Assembly: GCF_009914755.1 (NCBI RefSeq)
Contig: NC_060932.1
Reading direction: 5' to 3' (one strand)
Length of the DNA stretch: 64,000 nt
Source of the DNA: the human T2T-CHM13v2.0 reference genome, Homo sapiens
The translations under genes were made by a program, and so were the position numbers. Positions 60,948-64,000 of the stretch are shown one piece after another. Positions within the stretch are counted from its first letter, which is position 1. Each line of letters starts with the position of its first letter. The notes under the pieces were generated by a model, which was not told the DNA's origin, ran no database searches, and saw only the letters and a program-made list of their open reading frames with translations.

Positions 60948-61399
60948 GAAGGTAATTTGCATAAGTAGTTAACCTGACCTGTGGATAGGGAAGGACTTTC
61001 AAATACCAAGAGCCATGGGAGCAATCACAAAAGAAAATTCAGTGAACTTGAATACAGACAACAAAACTGTATGCTATACAGCATCATAACCAAAATCAAA
61101 GATTAATAAGTAAAAGACATTTGTGAAAATGAGGTATATTTTATTATTATTCATTAAAATATTTATGGTTTCTCACATCTGTGATCAGTGGCTTCCTGAT
61201 TAATTTATTTAGATATTAATTTTGCAATAAAGACAAATTAAAATATACAAAACGTGATTTGTACAAAAATTTGGTGGGAATTGGGGATCAAAAGTAGTTT
61301 GCTGAGTGTTTCTTCTCCTTTGGTAATTTTGAGAAATATACACCCACACACTGTAAAGATCAAAAGTGGGAGAGAAAGTATGGGAAAGAGCCCGTGATG

Positions 61400-61580
61400 G
61401 GGTCAGAACAGCCTGATTCTAGTCCTGTTATTACCCAAAGTGGATGTGCTATCTTGGGTAATCATACATGCTCTTAGTTTCCTCTTTTATAAAATAGGGG
61501 TTATTATACCAGCCCTACAACATAGAATTGTAAAGTTATATAAAATTATACGCATTTAGTCACTTTGAAAAACATACAGA
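61400..61580 (+). mobile_element. MIR
   Basis: cttagtttcctcttttataaaataggggttattataccagccctac. Confidence 0.6.
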
Positions 61581-64000
61581 TTGTTAAACAAACCTGGATT
61601 CCTTTTATTATGCCTGTGAATAGAAAGTAAATGATTCATTCCTTTAATTCCCCAAGCAGTGCATCTAGTCTTTTCTCTTCTGTTCTCTCCCTAAACATAC
61701 TTTAAAAAGCAGGTTTTGTTGTCATACGAATATAGCTTCATATACGTGTACTCACACGTATCCATACACACACATGCTTACTGATTAGCTGGCATGAATA
61801 TTCTGAGAACTCATAGCCTAGATAAGTAAACGGTATGGACTTAGTGCATTTATCATCTAAGCAGACAGTCACCATAGAGGAAAAACACATATTTTTAGGA
61901 AGAGAAAGAAAGGTTAAGTGGTCAAACTGCCTTTTGAATGATCTTGGCTTCTTTGAGTTTTCTTTTTGTAGGGAGTTATTCTTCAGAAAGCATTTCTCAG
62001 GTGTGTGATTGGGGATTTCAGACAATTGGAAAAGTAATTTACCCTGTCTGATTCACTTTTGAGTTAGGTTTGTATTTTAAAATGTTAACTCAATTCTTTC
62101 ATTATTTATGGCATTTTAGAGCTCCATACAGAATGGAGTGAATAAGGCAGTCATAATGCAGACAGTGATGTACTGTGAAATATGAAGAAATGGGGACAGA
62201 GTTTTGGAAGAGCAGAGGCACGTCACGTGCCTTAAGTTTTAGCTTTTATTAAGAAGTCAAACAAATACCATTTGTACCTCATTACCCTATGTGTAATAGT
62301 GTAAGCATTACCCCGCAGACAGGAGCAGTAAGAGTCCCTCAGGTTCTGATCCTAATCTCGGATGCGGCATTACCACCTCTCCTCTGAAAGCCACTGCTGC
62401 CCAGGCACACGCAGCATATTAGTGCATTTAAAGGTACCCAATTATATCCATGTGTGCATCTGAGATAGGCATCAGGACCCAAGTACATGTTAAATTCAGC
62501 TCCTATAGGAAAAAAAAAAATAGCACTTGCCTTTATTAAAGAAGTACAGAAGTGGTGGAAAGAAAATTTGTCCTTTATCTGAATATTTTCAGCAAGAAAC
62601 CTAGGCAGTGTTATTCTTGGTGCATTTCTTCAAAACTTTGTGAAAATGACAACTCTTCAAAGGAGGCAGACATGTGCACAAGTGTCCCCCCGCCTCTGCT
62701 GATATTCCGGGAGGAGAAGGGGTGAGGGAGGAAGAGTGCGTGATGAAAGTCAAACAGTGGTCGGCTCCATTACTTCATTAATCAAGTGGAGGCATTCTGA
62801 AAAATGTTTCTCTTTGGTTGCAGCCATCTATTTTTTGGTGTTAATCTGCGCCCTGTGGCAGGGTTTTGTGAAAGGAAACAATGAGCCGTTGTATCACCCC
62901 CCTCCCTTTCCCCAATTGTTGTAGCCCCTGTCAGAAGGCTCCGAGGATGATGCAGGTCTGTATCAGCCTGATAAGGGAAAAGAGGATTCAAAATGGCTTT
63001 GGAGAGACTCCGTGGGAGTGGAGTGTGCTGTTTTGGACTAGATGAGCTAGGGAATATGGCAGAGGCCCTTAATGGGATCCTAAGGCTTCAGTGCCAAACC
63101 TTCTGCTGCTTCTTGAAGATTTTCTAATGAAATATTTTAATGGTAAAATTCTGTGACTGTCATAGGGGCATAGGTTCAAGATGCTGTTTTAAGTCATTTG
63201 CTCCATAATCTGTGATTAGTCAATCCAGGTCAAAAAGACAGAAAAAGAAAAAAAATATCCAAACTCAAGAAACCTGTCAGAGTATGTATTAGGTCACTTT
63301 TATTCTGTTGACAATGAGTGTTCAATTCACTGTCATCATGAGCTCTGTACAAGTGGCCTGTACATTTTATATACTGTGGGTTCCTATTTTATGGCTAGAT
63401 GAAATATGAAGCTATCTTTCATAATGCTGATTCCATTTTGGCAGGCCTTTGGATCCACATATGGTTCAGTTAAGCTGTTTTGGAGCCTAATGTACCTTTG
63501 TTATTTATTGAGATTTTTGAAAGGGGAATAAGTGGGCTATTTTTACTCTGCATTTAAAAAATACACATTAAATGTTTCAAACATAATTCATACAGCTAAG
63601 AAAATTCTAGTGAGCTTTAGAAACGGATCTGCTATTCCTAGGACAGCTAAAATAAAATCATTCCTACCCATGAAGGAAAAAATAAAAAGACAGCTAAAGC
63701 TCCAGCAAAATAGAACCACTATCTTACAGCACACGGTAATAATATATACGCAGAGCAATTAGTAAACATGGTCAAGAAAAGTGGGCATCAAGTCAATACA
63801 CTGTAAAGTTTAAGTATCTTTAAGCTTATAGATGATGCTGAGATTTTTTTTTTAACTATTCCTCCTACTATTGGCCTGGTGTCTTATGAATAAACATAGA
63901 GGCACAAAAAATTAAAAACAGTGGTTGTCAGATGAGTGAATGATAGGGAAATACCTCACATACCATGGATAGTCCAGTGCTTATCTAGAAAAACTTAGCT

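Overview
AT-rich, Alu-bearing primate (human-like) genomic DNA. Almost all of it is intron of ZFPM2 (FOG2, Friend of GATA 2) on the + strand. The only supportable coding sequence is one 119-nt internal exon, 48949-49067 ((G)[39 protein letters not shown]). I recognise it as part of the FOG2 N-terminal PR/SET-like region, and recall it as exon 4. The rest is about 20 Alus, solo MaLR/ERVL LTRs, L1/L2/MIR relics, DNA-transposon MITEs, microsatellites and a ~930-nt polypyrimidine tract. The other ORFs in the track look like repeat-derived or chance ORFs. I see no convincing new biological system. The best leads are regulatory or splicing hypotheses: GATA-motif clusters inside a GATA-cofactor gene, a RUNX/ETS/GATA cluster in the downstream intron, paired inverted HRE/E-box palindromes, a possible recursive splice site after the pyrimidine tract, a possible poison exon abutting the coding exon, and a perfect 55-bp tandem duplication. 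Repeat subfamily calls are by eye and repeat boundaries are approximate.
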